IMG/VR virus record: IMGVR_UViG_3300026302_000005
Coordinates: 1-64,000 of that record
Reading direction: 5' to 3' (one strand)
Origin: a virus
Lineage: Duplodnaviria; Heunggongvirae; Uroviricota; Caudoviricetes
DNA: 64,000 bases
A model generated the notes under the pieces. That model saw only the letters and a list, made by a program, of their open reading frames with translations. It made no database searches and had not been told where the DNA came from. Every line of letters begins with the position of its first letter. The stretch's first letter is position 1. A program made the position numbers and the translations under genes. Positions 26,423 to 36,234 of the stretch are shown here, piece by piece.

Positions 26423-27846
26423 TTCCGGGTGCGCCCCACTCGTGCCATGGTATGAACGAATCGCTGGGAGAACCGCAGGAGAGCATCACTACGGAGAGCC
26501 CGGGCAATGTTGTCGTCTGTGGTCTGGAATACCACGGTGCCAGCCCAGGTCCCGGTTTCAACATCGAAGTTGTTGGTGATGAAGTCCAGGATGTTGTCCC
26601 GATAGGTGGTCCACTCAGTGGACTGCTCATCTGCGCCCAGAACAGGGTTGTAGTGGGTTCGGAATGCCCACTTGAGCTTCTGCACAAGCGAGAACAACAA
26701 GCCAAACGATTTGGACCGCTCGACGTCACCCATCGACGTCACCCGACCATTCATGATGTCGTCCGGGGACGGCAGATCGTGCATGATCTGGAGATACCCG
26801 ATGAACACCGATGCCCACTTTTTACCGACGATACCAGCAAACGTGGCCAGACGCAGACGCTCCGCTTCGTGATTGGAATTGGAGCCACGGGAGATGCTCC
26901 GGAAGAACTCGATATCGGCATATTGATCCGAGAGGAATGCCCACGTGCGAGGGGTCGCAAAGCCATACTGACCATTCACCAGGGTGTCGCGGACATCATT
27001 ATCGTAGTCGAACAGGCAGTCCGGGTTGGCCTTGATCATACCAAGGATTTCCGGACGAAGGTCTGCATGAATACCCCACTCGATCCAGTCTTCCACGTTC
27101 GGGACCAGGGTGAAGTGGGCAAAGCGGTTGCAGAGAGGATGGCTGAGGGTTTGGACAAATGCCCCATCCTCTTCACGGTTTCCGGCTGCGATGATCGGAA
27201 CCGAATGCGGGACATCGTATTCACCGACACGACGATCCAGCACCAGTTGCAGTGCTGCGTTCTGGGTCGATGGTTCAGCCGCCGACAGTTCGTCCAGAAA
27301 AATGATGGCCTTGTCCACGATCACAACTTCATAGGCATCATGCGGCAGGCTGGCACTGATATGCCACTCGGTCTGACCACTCTGCTTGACGTGGATCGAT
27401 GCGGCTCCGTAGTCAGGGCTCATCGGATCGCTATAGGATGCGATCTCATTGCCATCACGGTCGAACACATAGACAGCGATGTCGATGGCATACTGCCAGT
27501 TCACAGTGGTATCGATACCGCCATCGGTGCCAACACGAATCGTTTCCGACTGGGGCAGATAGATGGACGGATACCAACGGACAGCACCGCTGTTGTCGCG
27601 GGCCGGAATGCCCTTGAGATCGGTCGGATCAAATTGCGGAAGGTGCAGGGCCACCAGGCGAGACTTCCGGGAACGTGCCAGGGTCCGGATCAGTTCGGTT
27701 TTCCCGATCCCAGGGGCACCCCACACGAATGGAGCCAACATCGGCTTCCGCTCCCCGGTGGACCTCCACCGACTGGTCAGATGATCCAGAATGGCAACGA
27801 GTTGTGATGGTCCCACAGACATCATGTTGGTGACATCGGATTTCAT
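26419..27846 (-). CDS. MoxR-like AAA+ ATPase
   Basis: GAPGIGKT Walker A, IFLDEL Walker B, AAGNR, NRF, TPRTW. Confidence 0.92.
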   Translation of the reverse strand: MKSDVTNMMSVGPSQLVAILDHLTSRWRSTGERKPMLAPFVWGAPGIGKTELIRTLARSRKSRLVALHLPQFDPTDLKGIPARDNSGAVRWYPSIYLPQSETIRVGTDGGIDTTVNWQYAIDIAVYVFDRDGNEIASYSDPMSPDYGAASIHVKQSGQTEWHISASLPHDAYEVVIVDKAIIFLDELSAAEPSTQNAALQLVLDRRVGEYDVPHSVPIIAAGNREEDGAFVQTLSHPLCNRFAHFTLVPNVEDWIEWGIHADLRPEILGMIKANPDCLFDYDNDVRDTLVNGQYGFATPRTWAFLSDQYADIEFFRSISRGSNSNHEAERLRLATFAGIVGKKWASVFIGYLQIMHDLPSPDDIMNGRVTSMGDVERSKSFGLLFSLVQKLKWAFRTHYNPVLGADEQSTEWTTYRDNILDFITNNFDVETGTWAGTVVFQTTDDNIARALRSDALLRFSQRFVHTMARVGRTRK

Positions 27847-27877
27847 AGAGCGGCCCTCGGGTTAGATGATTTTCACC

Positions 27878-27906
27878 ACCCTACCCGATCTGCTGGGGTC
27901 TGTCAA
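27878..27906 (-). promoter_or_regulatory. Sigma70-type promoter for the MoxR operon
   Basis: TTGACA-N17-TAGGGT. Confidence 0.55.
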
Positions 27907-27915
27907 CCCGGATTA

Positions 27916-28383
27916 TCAGATAATGCCGCCACCCAGGTCGCCCATGCTCAGGGCACCCATACCAAGATCAGCTATACCGAGGTCACCAGCAGCGAGGGTG
28001 TCAGCTTGTTCAACCCCGGGGGCGATCTCCATACTCATCGAACCCACGACTTCTCCAGAAAGGAATGCTTGGATCGATGCAGGATCAGACTGGATGGGTT
28101 CGCCATTGGAACCAAGACCCCCATCCGGGTATACGTTGATACGAAGTCCATTCTGTGTGTGCAGAACCAGGATGTTTTTGTCGGCGCGAAGGATTGCCGC
28201 ATCAATGATAGGATCATCCATGTGATGAGCCGTCGCCCCAACCATGGTAGCAGAATCGATCTGTGCCTGGGGACGTCCATGTTGCCACAGCCATGCCACA
28301 GCACCAGACGGAAGGTGCATCAGATCGAGCTTACCCTCGGTAAGCAGACCATAGTAGTAGTCTGTGTCGTCATGGGGAGACAT
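27916..28383 (-). CDS. Hypothetical protein
   Basis: 155-aa ORF, TGATG coupling with the upstream gene. Confidence 0.65.
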   Translation of the reverse strand: MSPHDDTDYYYGLLTEGKLDLMHLPSGAVAWLWQHGRPQAQIDSATMVGATAHHMDDPIIDAAILRADKNILVLHTQNGLRINVYPDGGLGSNGEPIQSDPASIQAFLSGEVVGSMSMEIAPGVEQADTLAAGDLGIADLGMGALSMGDLGGGII

Positions 28384-28718
28384 CAGACAGTCTCTTTCTT
28401 GATTTCGAGGCGAATACCGACCGCCGCATACGGTATCTGTAGCTCTTCATCAATGGATTTCATGAGATAGTTGCGAGTGGTGGCCTCGGCATCTTCCTCC
28501 GTTGCAAACAACGCGGTTCTGGTGTGGATGTGAACTCCATCCACATAGGTTGTTTGGGCGGTCGTATGCAACATCGAATCCGGCCTTCCATCACGAGTCC
28601 GAGACCCAGGATCGTTTTGGAATATATACTGGTTGACCACATGACGGATAAGAGTGTCAAGCATCTCATCCGTGATTCTCGGACCGGTGTAGTGGTATTG
28701 CTTCTCAAGAAAAAACAT
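28383..28718 (-). CDS. Hypothetical protein
   Basis: AGGAG RBS and TAAATAC motif upstream. Confidence 0.65.
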   Translation of the reverse strand: MFFLEKQYHYTGPRITDEMLDTLIRHVVNQYIFQNDPGSRTRDGRPDSMLHTTAQTTYVDGVHIHTRTALFATEEDAEATTRNYLMKSIDEELQIPYAAVGIRLEIKKETV

Positions 28719-28732
28719 CGAACGCTCCTAGC

Positions 28733-29686
28733 TCAGGGTTCACTTGGTGTATTTATCCGTTCCTTCCGAGTCATCACATCGGTAACACATGAACAGCGTG
28801 GTTTGTCACAAATGATGGGTTCCGTGGGAAAAACATAGGTCCCCTTGATATTTCCAATCTCTCCACCGACGCGGCAGATACCCCGGAATATATCCCCGTT
28901 GGGTTTGACTGCGATCTGCTGAATGCCGGTCCAACATTTCCATCCAAACCACTGGTTATCACGGTCCAGTATGAACCTGGATGGAGCTTTGACCACACTG
29001 GTGCCATCGTCCATGACGGCTCGCATCATACCCCGGTAGAGATGACCCTCCGCCTTCCGACCTCGACCAGAGGACGCCCGCATACGGGTCATCTGATCTT
29101 CCGTATACGGATATAGCTCTGATTGGAAATTGATCCGCAGCGGTTTCAAAACGACCGATACGTTCCCGAGACTGGCCAGAACAGTGGCCTTCTGACAAAT
29201 CTCATCAAACAGTTCCGGGATCATGGTGAAATTGACATGGACCGGAACAGTGATTGGGATTGCCGCCACGACCTTGCTGAAATGATCCAGGTCAGCAAAC
29301 TCTTGATGGAAAGTCAGATGAACCTTGTCAAAAAACTTACCGAACTTCTCCCAAAACCGAATAGTCCGTGATCCATTCGATATGATGGAATGGTAGAACC
29401 CTTTTTCAGCCCCATATTGAATGATCTCTTCAAACCCTGGATACTGCGTGGGCTCACCACCCGTATACTGGATGATTACGGAAAAACCCTTGTAGTGCTC
29501 CGCAACCGCATCCAGGAATCGTTTCACATCATCCTTCGGTAGCCAGCCCAGTGATCCACTATGCAAGGAGTCCGGGCAATACGAACAGGCATAGTTGCAC
29601 ACATTACCCAGACTGATCTCAATCACAATCTGAGTGTCGGCCAACGGGTGGGTATGCTCGATTCGGATTACTTCTGGGGTGTTCAT
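28733..29686 (-). CDS. Radical SAM protein with C-terminal Cys cluster (SPASM/twitch-like)
   Basis: CNYACSYC, GGEPT, SNGSR, C..G...C...C....CSC. Confidence 0.9.
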   Translation of the reverse strand: MNTPEVIRIEHTHPLADTQIVIEISLGNVCNYACSYCPDSLHSGSLGWLPKDDVKRFLDAVAEHYKGFSVIIQYTGGEPTQYPGFEEIIQYGAEKGFYHSIISNGSRTIRFWEKFGKFFDKVHLTFHQEFADLDHFSKVVAAIPITVPVHVNFTMIPELFDEICQKATVLASLGNVSVVLKPLRINFQSELYPYTEDQMTRMRASSGRGRKAEGHLYRGMMRAVMDDGTSVVKAPSRFILDRDNQWFGWKCWTGIQQIAVKPNGDIFRGICRVGGEIGNIKGTYVFPTEPIICDKPRCSCVTDVMTRKERINTPSEP

Positions 29687-31140
29687 CGAATGCCGATCCT
29701 CATAAACCTTGTATACTTCTCTAGGGTAAGTTCTCCAGAAAACAACTCATACCGCAATGGTGTCTGCTTGGCAAACGCCGCCAAGTTCTCCGAACAGTTG
29801 ACATGCTCTCGCCATTCGAAGTAATCGTTGCTCTGCATTACCACGAACCGGCCCGCTGGTATCCTGCCATACCATTGATCGAAGTTCTCAATATGTTCGC
29901 AACTGGTGTTGACGATCATCGACGGGGTAACCTGTCGCTCTACCGTCTCGCCATCCCCACGCAGGAACATGAGCGTGTCGTTGTCGAAAGTCAGATCATG
30001 GATATCCTTCACGGTTGACTTGAACTTCCAGTCCTTAACCCAATGCTTCATCAGGCGGTTGGCGACTTCGACTGCATGTGGGTCGATATCCATTCCCACA
30101 ATTTGCCCAAACCGGTCTGCCCCTATTTGATCCAGCATAACTTCTGCCAATGTTCCATACCAGGAACAACACAAATAGACATCGCTCAGGTAGTATTCAG
30201 GGTCTTCCATCCAGTGGGGTCGTGCTTCCGGGTTCTCCAAGGGAAACCACAGAGCCTCGATCAGCTTCTCTGTCAACCACCGCTTGGACATAACCTGTCC
30301 ATGACTCAAGGTATCCTCCCAGCGAGCGTCTGGGTAGCTGTCCATGGTCTTGCGTAGAGACTGGAGGAATGGCTTGTCCGGATACAAGTCTTCGAGCCCA
30401 CGAGGAATTCTAAAAGAACCCACCGGGGGTTGGGGTTCCGGATCGGCGACTTTACCCATGCGGTAGTTGTCAAATTGCTGTTGCAACCAAGAAAAGTCGT
30501 TCAGCTTCCGCAGCAACTCATGATCCCCCTGGGCCTCCTCACCATAGGCACGTCCTGCATTGGCTCCAGCCAGAACCTCTGCGGCATAGTCGCCATTGGC
30601 AACAGAGCACCATACATTCAATCGGTCGATGGTCTCTGCGGGGTTCTGTCGATGGATGACACTGGATGCCAGCTTTGCAGCTTCCCGAAACCCACTCTTC
30701 CAGGCTTCGAAGGGGGTGCCGTTGATGACCGTGGTCGATGCCACCACGTCGATCACGTTGAAATATCCACCAATCGATGTGGTGAAATCCACCACAGAGG
30801 AATTCATCTCCAGCACTCGCCGACGGGGCAACAGCTTGATACCGCCATACCCATAGACCAACCCGTTCACGTTGTTTCTGGCCCGCCATACGGCCACAGA
30901 GGTGGGCTGCTGATGGTTAAACGACCACTTGAAGGAGAAGTCGAAATCCGGGTCCACAACGTTGTCAGCATCGACCACCCAGAACCATTTGGTGTCACAC
31001 TTCGCAGCCGCAGCCTGGTGCGCCTCAACGATTCCCTTCACACCATGAACTCGCTGGGCTCTGGGGAACCGAGCTTTCAGATTGGCCCAGTTGGCATCCG
31101 CGTTGGCTTCATTGTAGGAGAGGAAGATGATGTCATACAT
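29683..31140 (-). CDS. Glycosyltransferase-like domain fused to a SAM-dependent methyltransferase-like domain
   Basis: FLSYNE...VVDAD...YGYGG N-domain; SWYG...MDID...NTSCEH C-domain; own promoter and AGGA RBS. Confidence 0.75.
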   Translation of the reverse strand: MYDIIFLSYNEANADANWANLKARFPRAQRVHGVKGIVEAHQAAAAKCDTKWFWVVDADNVVDPDFDFSFKWSFNHQQPTSVAVWRARNNVNGLVYGYGGIKLLPRRRVLEMNSSVVDFTTSIGGYFNVIDVVASTTVINGTPFEAWKSGFREAAKLASSVIHRQNPAETIDRLNVWCSVANGDYAAEVLAGANAGRAYGEEAQGDHELLRKLNDFSWLQQQFDNYRMGKVADPEPQPPVGSFRIPRGLEDLYPDKPFLQSLRKTMDSYPDARWEDTLSHGQVMSKRWLTEKLIEALWFPLENPEARPHWMEDPEYYLSDVYLCCSWYGTLAEVMLDQIGADRFGQIVGMDIDPHAVEVANRLMKHWVKDWKFKSTVKDIHDLTFDNDTLMFLRGDGETVERQVTPSMIVNTSCEHIENFDQWYGRIPAGRFVVMQSNDYFEWREHVNCSENLAAFAKQTPLRYELFSGELTLEKYTRFMRIGIR

Positions 31141-31777
31141 CGGATTGTCCTGTTGCTGATTCGATGGAAGGTATCTCACCCCCATCCGGGTTGTCAAGAT
31201 ATAAGTGCTCGCGAGCAAATTCCAAGGATATGCCGTCTGGGGCCGATGACATCCATTGATAGAAGCCCGGGATACCGCGTGACACCAGCTTGCGGGATGG
31301 CATCAGGTCGGTATGTGTGATGAAGCCCAGTCCTCGCTGCATGTTTACCCCCTCAAGACCCATCACGTATCGAGCCTCGGTAACTGCAAACATACTGCTG
31401 AGTAATTCAACCTGGGTGAAGAACTGAGACCATTGCCATTCAAGACTGTAATAGTTACCCAGGTAGGCATCCCAGAAGGTTTGTTCGATGGGATCGGCAT
31501 CGACCGGCATATCCAATTCCGGGTGAATGGGTCTCCACTTACCATCCCATGGATATGCAGCAATCACTGGACTAACCAGTTCGATGATGAACTTAATGTC
31601 CGTCAGATATTTGGTGTGAAAATCTATCAGTCGAACGTCTCGCAAAACCGAGAGACACGTAGACACCAACTCCTGGTTACTGTCAACCGACATTTCAATG
31701 ACTTCTTCGGAATGGGTAGTCGCTAGATCACGCACCCATTTGTTTTCCCCCGATCCGCTGATGTAATATAGGGTCAT
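31133..31777 (-). CDS. Hypothetical protein
   Basis: 214-aa ORF overlapping its neighbours in the operon. Confidence 0.65.
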   Translation of the reverse strand: MTLYYISGSGENKWVRDLATTHSEEVIEMSVDSNQELVSTCLSVLRDVRLIDFHTKYLTDIKFIIELVSPVIAAYPWDGKWRPIHPELDMPVDADPIEQTFWDAYLGNYYSLEWQWSQFFTQVELLSSMFAVTEARYVMGLEGVNMQRGLGFITHTDLMPSRKLVSRGIPGFYQWMSSAPDGISLEFAREHLYLDNPDGGEIPSIESATGQSDV

Positions 31778-32520
31778 GTGACGTGGAACCTATTTTGGGA
31801 TATCCACGTGTGCAGTCTATCAGCCCACAAAGCGTGGCCATCAGCATACGGATGTCCATTTGGTGTCAGTAGCGGGATATTGGACTGGTTATCCATTAGG
31901 AAGCTAGTCGCCGACTGGTCAGGGTCCATAAACCCCAAGAAGTTGGACCGGACAACCATATGGTTGTATTTCCGCATGAACTCTCTGGTCGATTTCCAAT
32001 CGTCGAATTGCAATAGATGGTTGATCGGGGCCTGTTCTTCATAAAACATCACGTATCGAATACCATGCTGTATCAAGAACGCCTGAGTCTGTATGACCAG
32101 ATGGATGAATTGATCCCACCAAAACCATATATCCCGATCCACCAGTGGCTCTAGGGTGGTCTGGTATTCCCCGATCAATCGCTGACTACTGATGTCGGCG
32201 AACTCATCATTGGTAAAATGTCCATACCGTTTGATGTCAACCCATCCAATAACCACAAACAGGTTGTCAGGTGATTGGTTATTATCCAACCAGTCATCAT
32301 GAACCCAGGTCATCAGAGATTTAGCGATCCGCGTGTTGTCGGTCATTACGTGAGCATCGTTTTTGACCCCGGACATCCCCAGCTTGCGACCTAAGACGGA
32401 CGGCCATGCGTAGTGATTGCGCATGGTGTTCAAGACTTGGTTCGATGTCATGTGTGTGGTAATAGGGTGGGAAATCCCCACTCCATATGTCATCGGTCCA
32501 CCACCCGCGTAAAGTATCAC
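31774..32520 (-). CDS. SGNH/GDSL hydrolase-like protein (degenerate)
   Basis: GTG start after AAGGA; ILYAGGGPMTYG (GDS position altered), WP..LG, GHP...GH..WA. Confidence 0.55.
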   Translation of the reverse strand: MILYAGGGPMTYGVGISHPITTHMTSNQVLNTMRNHYAWPSVLGRKLGMSGVKNDAHVMTDNTRIAKSLMTWVHDDWLDNNQSPDNLFVVIGWVDIKRYGHFTNDEFADISSQRLIGEYQTTLEPLVDRDIWFWWDQFIHLVIQTQAFLIQHGIRYVMFYEEQAPINHLLQFDDWKSTREFMRKYNHMVVRSNFLGFMDPDQSATSFLMDNQSNIPLLTPNGHPYADGHALWADRLHTWISQNRFHVT

Positions 32521-32524
32521 CCGG

Positions 32525-33481
32525 TTATTCCTTGAATAGAACCTGTTCAGTTGAGGGAGCAACATACTGGGACAGCATCTTGTGCAACCGGGATTGTTCA
32601 GGATCGAACAACGGCACAAACACTCCTGTCTTACGATGGATATCGTCTCCCAGTTTACCGATCTGCTCAATTACCCACTCAGGGTTCCACGACAAACCAG
32701 AGTGTTTGCAAACCCTGGAGTTACGACCGAGTGGCATATCATCAATCAGCGTGGTCCAGAAAGACTTGAACCATTCATAGTCGGAGATGTTGTTCATATC
32801 CCAGGTTTTGGTGGTCATCAGATGCAGCCCCATCCGGGCCCCATAGATGGCCCACAGTCCGTTCTCATGATCCGAACCAATGCTGCACCAGGATAGCAGG
32901 CGATTTGCATTACCAACCCAGATACGCTTGAAAATCTGGTCGGGGTCCAAAACTCCCCCACCATCCAGGGCCATCTTCACACCCTCACGCATCCCTGCAC
33001 GAAACCCATGATAGGGAGTCGGAGCCGGATGGGTGGTAGAATAGCTGTCCTTCATGCTGAGATACGGAATGGACCAACAGAATTCAATACGACCTCGATC
33101 ATCCGGAGCATTCTCGTGAGTCCGCATGGTCAGAGCGGTCTCCCGGGGCCAACATTTGATCGATCCGTTCCCATACACCAGACCATTCACAGAGTTGGTT
33201 CCAGCCCAGGAGAATACATGGTTGCCATACTTCTGATCGTCATAGCGAAGTGTCATGTTGAAGAACTCGGGATTAACCGTGGTATCTCCATCAATCGTGA
33301 TGAACCGGTCGGTTTCAGCCAATGTCGCGGCCTGTTTATGAGCCGCATCAAACCCGGTCACCCCATCAACGCGCTTCACAAACGGGTTTTGTGCCACCAA
33401 TTGGAGCCAGTGGGCTTCCTTCATGGGCTCGTCATAGCTGATGAAGATGATATCGAGATCATCGATTGGGCATTCGATCAT
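32525..33481 (-). CDS. Glycosyltransferase-like protein, paralog of the 29683-31140 N-domain
   Basis: IFISYDE...TIDGD...NGLVYGNG. Confidence 0.75.
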   Translation of the reverse strand: MIECPIDDLDIIFISYDEPMKEAHWLQLVAQNPFVKRVDGVTGFDAAHKQAATLAETDRFITIDGDTTVNPEFFNMTLRYDDQKYGNHVFSWAGTNSVNGLVYGNGSIKCWPRETALTMRTHENAPDDRGRIEFCWSIPYLSMKDSYSTTHPAPTPYHGFRAGMREGVKMALDGGGVLDPDQIFKRIWVGNANRLLSWCSIGSDHENGLWAIYGARMGLHLMTTKTWDMNNISDYEWFKSFWTTLIDDMPLGRNSRVCKHSGLSWNPEWVIEQIGKLGDDIHRKTGVFVPLFDPEQSRLHKMLSQYVAPSTEQVLFKE

Positions 33482-34071
33482 GAAGAACTCCACCACAAGG
33501 GGGTTACCGGTCCCGGAGTGATCGCCCACACCGAATAATCTTTCCCAGGAACCCCTACTGGCAAATCCACCAGGACACCATTACCCTCAGTCGTCGATCC
33601 CAGTGTAAATCGATGGCTTTTCATCAGCAGATTTGGCTGTCCAACTTTGGTGATGAACAGCGACACAATACTGTGATCCGGATACGACTGGACCGGTAGT
33701 TGGTGGGCAACAACACTGGCGCTACCCTTACCGTCCACCATCATGATCATCCCCGGCTGTTCGTTATGGGGCTCTACCGGACGAAAGACTTCTTCGTATA
33801 GACCCAGGGTGATTTCGGAGTGTCGCTTCACGATGGTTGGAACACCGGTCGAACTGAACACCAGCATATACTGGGACAGACTGATACTGCGACCCACAAA
33901 CGGTATCAGGTAAGTCGGGTCCATAACGACCGATAGCAGTCCTTTGGTTTCGTGCTCCGGCAATTCACCGAACGTGATGATCTTGATGTTTCCGACCCCA
34001 CCTTCGGTGAGTTCATAATAGACACGACCCGTGACCGTGTGATAGATTTTATGCCCGTCCATCATAGCCAT
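33478..34071 (-). CDS. Hypothetical protein
   Basis: 197-aa ORF in the operon. Confidence 0.65.
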   Translation of the reverse strand: MAMMDGHKIYHTVTGRVYYELTEGGVGNIKIITFGELPEHETKGLLSVVMDPTYLIPFVGRSISLSQYMLVFSSTGVPTIVKRHSEITLGLYEEVFRPVEPHNEQPGMIMMVDGKGSASVVAHQLPVQSYPDHSIVSLFITKVGQPNLLMKSHRFTLGSTTEGNGVLVDLPVGVPGKDYSVWAITPGPVTPLWWSSS

Positions 34072-34915
34072 CCTTCAACGTCTGTAGCACGGTTGGAGAC
34101 AAGAACCGCCGATCATGATAGTGGACCGGTCTGGACTGCAAATACCCACCCAACACCAATGAACCGTCAGCCACCACATGCCCGTTCAACACGTTGGTCC
34201 ACATCTCCGTGATACGTGCGGCACTCTCCACCCGTTGAAGCCGAGACTTCAAGTGGACGAATGAAAACCAATCCAAGCTGTCACCAACTGCCGTATAGCT
34301 GTATCCTGCATCTTTGACTGCACAGGCAAAAGCCAGGTCATCCATAGGAGTAGCACCCACCTGACCACGCAGGAACGCCGCTCGATACCCCGGCCATGCC
34401 TGAATAATCTCCCCGGTGAGATCAAATACCTCCTTGACTGCATCGGTCTTTTTGAAATACATCAAGGTGGTGTAGACGTTCGGAAGATGACTATCTCTGA
34501 ATCCAGTTCGATACGGATTGGTCGCTTCGTCAATAGGCATCCCCTTGTAGGTGAATGCCTTACTGGAAAACATCAAATCCGACGTTGCCAGGTAGTCCCA
34601 CCAATACGATACATCGGTAGGAAACAGCATATCGGCATCGGTCAGGATGGTCTCGTCATATGGCGAATGCTCGAATGCCTGCCATTTCAGGTGAGCATTC
34701 CAGTTGTCAGTGGATGCCAAGATCGGATCAAACGGAATGATATGATCGAATACCCCCTCATACCGGGCCGGGACATCATAGCCACGTGGCACCATGACGG
34801 ATAGACCACTGGGACCGGTCTGGGTCAGCTTCAAGCTGTAGGCCAATGCTTCGGCACACTCCAGGTAGTTCCCCGTGATCGAGTTGTAGGCGATTGTCAG
34901 GAAGCCCTTAGACAT
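34049..34915 (-). CDS. GT-A fold glycosyltransferase (GT8-like)
   Basis: SPYDETILTDADM (DxD), D.AFA, HY.D. Confidence 0.8.
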   Translation of the reverse strand: MSKGFLTIAYNSITGNYLECAEALAYSLKLTQTGPSGLSVMVPRGYDVPARYEGVFDHIIPFDPILASTDNWNAHLKWQAFEHSPYDETILTDADMLFPTDVSYWWDYLATSDLMFSSKAFTYKGMPIDEATNPYRTGFRDSHLPNVYTTLMYFKKTDAVKEVFDLTGEIIQAWPGYRAAFLRGQVGATPMDDLAFACAVKDAGYSYTAVGDSLDWFSFVHLKSRLQRVESAARITEMWTNVLNGHVVADGSLVLGGYLQSRPVHYHDRRFLSPTVLQTLKDGYDGRA

Positions 34916-35807
34916 TGGTCTGCTCCATCTGGTTCTTCACCCACGGGCCCGCAACCTCAAGCAGCGATCTCTTGTTGATGACGTGAACGGTTTGCCCCTG
35001 TAGGTATGCCGGGGAGTGGGTCTTGATGTCATCCCGGGCAGACGCCACAAACCAGGCCCGTGTGGCATCGATCTTCAACATGGGCTGGTGATCCCAGGCA
35101 AACAGTATGGTTGGGTCAGGAAGCGCCTGCACGGGCCACTGTAGCCCATACTCTCCTACTCCACCATTCATGGCATGAGCCAGGATCGAAACTGCATAAT
35201 CATTCCGGAACATGTATCCGCTGAACCGATACAGTTTGCTGTAATAGTCGAAGTCTTCCCGAATCTTCTCGATACCTTCGAAGAACAGTTTAGCCTCTGG
35301 TGACTTCCGGAAATAGATCACCGTGGCCCAATACAACGGAATGCCCATCGGGTGTATGTGCGTGACCGCAGGGGGGTTGCTGGCGGTCAGCCCTGCAATG
35401 GATGCATTCAACCGCAGCGGCGATTCCGAACCCCATACGGAGTTCAGCTTGTCGTTCATCACGATGAAATCCAGATCGAGGACCAGTGTTTCATCGAACG
35501 GAGTCAGATCATATGTCGTATGTCGGTTGGTGTTCAGGAAAGGACCGCGAACCGATGTTTCCGGAGTTCCATTAGAACCCGTATACAGACGATCCCCACG
35601 GTGGACTGGGGTGTCGATCAGAACGCGATGATCAATCAACGTATTGATGCCCGGGATCGCGTCGATCAACGTCATGGTGTCCGGATCGGCAGCAACACAG
35701 ATAGGAACGCCAAGATGGCGCTTCACGAACCATGCACAGACTGGCACCAGTTCGTGATAGGGAAACGTCCCATTGTTGTTGCAGAACAGAAATACACCCT
35801 TACTCAC
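34908..35807 (-). CDS. GT-A fold glycosyltransferase
   Basis: TPFDETLVLDLD, YWATVIYF, FRNDYA, H..NK. Confidence 0.8.
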   Translation of the reverse strand: MSKGVFLFCNNNGTFPYHELVPVCAWFVKRHLGVPICVAADPDTMTLIDAIPGINTLIDHRVLIDTPVHRGDRLYTGSNGTPETSVRGPFLNTNRHTTYDLTPFDETLVLDLDFIVMNDKLNSVWGSESPLRLNASIAGLTASNPPAVTHIHPMGIPLYWATVIYFRKSPEAKLFFEGIEKIREDFDYYSKLYRFSGYMFRNDYAVSILAHAMNGGVGEYGLQWPVQALPDPTILFAWDHQPMLKIDATRAWFVASARDDIKTHSPAYLQGQTVHVINKRSLLEVAGPWVKNQMEQTNV

Positions 35808-36172
35808 GCAGCATCTCCAGCCAATACCGATGGCTTCCTGGACGAGCGCAGTCGCTGGACCTCTTCCCAATACTCATTCAGAGCCTGGTGATATTGGGAG
35901 GAGATCGTGTCCAGAAAGTCCTTGATGTCCTCAACCAGGATGGGCATGTTGCTTTCATCTTCGATGACTGCCCGGTCACCACCGGACGTAGCCTTGTGGT
36001 GCAGATACCCGATAATGGTTGGTGTGATCTTGAACTGGCCCCCAGAAAACGAAATCTGGCATGCAGCCTGAAACTTCATCTTGGCCAAATGCAACTGATT
36101 CTGATATGTGGCCCGGGCGTTGGAAATCTCCAACATCTCGGTAAGGGTTTTTGGAAGCTCGACTGTGCTCAT
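35804..36172 (-). CDS. Hypothetical protein (possible tail-fibre-associated)
   Basis: AGGAG RBS; FSGGQFKIT...D.SN.PI. Confidence 0.65.
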   Translation of the reverse strand: MSTVELPKTLTEMLEISNARATYQNQLHLAKMKFQAACQISFSGGQFKITPTIIGYLHHKATSGGDRAVIEDESNMPILVEDIKDFLDTISSQYHQALNEYWEEVQRLRSSRKPSVLAGDAA

Positions 36173-36234
36173 CCGACTGATCTCCTGGCAGGTATGTCAA
36201 GAGATATAGGGTGTCACGACCCCACAAGCAAGGG

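Noticed and set aside
27313-27549. Intein in the MoxR ATPase
   Set aside because: Too short, with no C-terminal His-Asn followed by Cys/Ser/Thr
26452-27807. 451-aa + strand ORF
   Set aside because: Antisense shadow of the MoxR ATPase, with no recognisable motifs
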